In this document: positions 62,955 to 64,000 of the stretch, in pieces | Layout: each line of letters begins with the position of its first letter | Numbering within the stretch: the first letter of the stretch is position 1 | Assembly: GCA_900617105.1 (NCBI GenBank) | Contig: UYFQ01000001.1 | Coordinates: 2,046,001-2,110,000 of the forward strand | Direction: 5' to 3' | Origin: Hydrurus foetidus | Taxonomy: Eukaryota | DNA: 64,000 nt | Made by a program: the position numbers and the translations under genes | Notes under the pieces: model-generated | What the model was told of the DNA's origin: nothing | Databases searched by the model: none | Seen by the model: only the letters and a program-made list of their open reading frames with translations

Positions 62955-64000
62955 ATGCAAGAAGCACCGCCCCCTGACACTGACGCAAACACCAGCGCAG
63001 CCGCCTTCATTCAGCGCTGGCAAGGCACCACCGCCAGTGAGCTGTCCACCGCACAAAGTTTTGTCACCCAGCTGTGCGCGCTGCTCGGTGTGCCCGCGCC
63101 GCACGCTACTCAAGCGCAAGACTACATGTTCGAGCGGGCCATTACTTTTGCCCACGGCGACGGCAGCAGCAGCGCTGGGCGCATTGACTGCTACAAGCAC
63201 GGCCACTTTGTACTGGAGGCCAAAAAAACGCGGCTGAACCCGAACGCAAAAGGATTCACCAAAGCCTTTGACGACGCCCTGCTGCGCGCCCGGGCGCAAG
63301 GCGAAGGCTACGCACGCGCCCTGCCCGCGATTGAAGGCCGCCCGCCGTTTGTGCTGGTGATAGACGTTGGCACTGTCATTGAGCTGTACAGCGAGTTCAC
63401 CCGCAGCGGCGCAACCTATGTGCCGTTTCCTGACCCGCGCAGCCACCGCATTGCCTTGGCCGACCTGGCCAAACCCGAAGTACGCCAACGCTTAAAACTG
63501 ATCTGGACAGACCCGCTGGCGCTCGACCCCAGCCGCCTGTCAGCCAGCACCACGCGCGAAGTAGCTGGGCAACTCGCCGAGCTGGCCAAGTCGCTGGAAC
63601 AATCTGGCCACCGCGCTGACCACGTGGCGGCGTTTTTAACCCGCAGCCTGTTCAGCATGTTCGCCGAAGACGTAGAGCTGCTGCCCAAAGGCAGTTTTTT
63701 AGAACTGCTGCAAAAACACGAAGCCAACCCGCCCGCGCTGCAAGGCATGTTGCGCGCACTGTGGATGGACATGGACCAAGGCGGCTTTAGCGCGGCCTTG
63801 TCGGCGCAAGTGCTCCGGTTCAACGGCAAGCTATTTAAAGAACCCACCAAAGACGGCTACAGCCTGCTATTAAATACGCAGCAAATAGCCCAATTAAAAC
63901 GAGCGGCGCAGGCCAACTGGCGTGAAGTAGAACCCGCTATTTTCGGCACCCTGCTAGAGCGCGCGCTAGACCCCACCGAGCGCCACGCCCTGGGCGCACA
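62955..64000 (+). CDS. MmeI-like type IIL restriction-modification enzyme (N-terminal part; truncated)
   Basis: Manual translation: [33 protein letters not shown]...VLEAKK (PD-(D/E)XK), [45 protein letters not shown]. Confidence 0.88.
   Translation, partial: MQEAPPPDTDANTSAAAFIQRWQGTTASELSTAQSFVTQLCALLGVPAPHATQAQDYMFERAITFAHGDGSSSAGRIDCYKHGHFVLEAKKTRLNPNAKGFTKAFDDALLRARAQGEGYARALPAIEGRPPFVLVIDVGTVIELYSEFTRSGATYVPFPDPRSHRIALADLAKPEVRQRLKLIWTDPLALDPSRLSASTTREVAGQLAELAKSLEQSGHRADHVAAFLTRSLFSMFAEDVELLPKGSFLELLQKHEANPPALQGMLRALWMDMDQGGFSAALSAQVLRFNGKLFKEPTKDGYSLLLNTQQIAQLKRAAQANWREVEPAIFGTLLERALDPTERHALGA

Overview
64 kb of GC-rich betaproteobacterial chromosome. Gene content and order suggest Burkholderiales/Comamonadaceae (Polaromonas/Rhodoferax-like), which is an inference. 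Most of it is core genes: parC/parE, dapA-bamC, dut-coaBC, pyrG-kdsA-eno-ftsB, hslO, xerD, gshA, grpE-dnaK-dnaJ, frmA-fghA, etfBA, moxR-DUF58-tgpA-mltB. A truncated Stealth-family gene lies at the left edge and a truncated MmeI-like R-M gene at the right edge. Accessory pieces: (i) an M60-like metallopeptidase lipoprotein; (ii) a small membrane ORF bracketed by two ~160-190 bp palindromic direct repeats; (iii) an AT-richer island between etfA and an acyl-CoA dehydrogenase, encoding a secreted Cys-rich HSQG hydrolase, two lipoproteins sharing a ~98% identical 405 bp 3' block, and a small membrane protein. The most striking unexplained signal is a dispersed 41-bp bipartite-dyad element (RCTA-N9-TAGC-TGCTYGC-GCCC-N9-GGGC) with a tail of ~10-11 bp phased A/T tracts. 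I found 15 copies (about one per 4 kb). Most lie just after stop codons, but four lie inside protein-coding sequence, apparently overwriting rather than inserting, and a fifth supplies a start codon. No rRNA, tRNA, CRISPR array or transposase was recognised.
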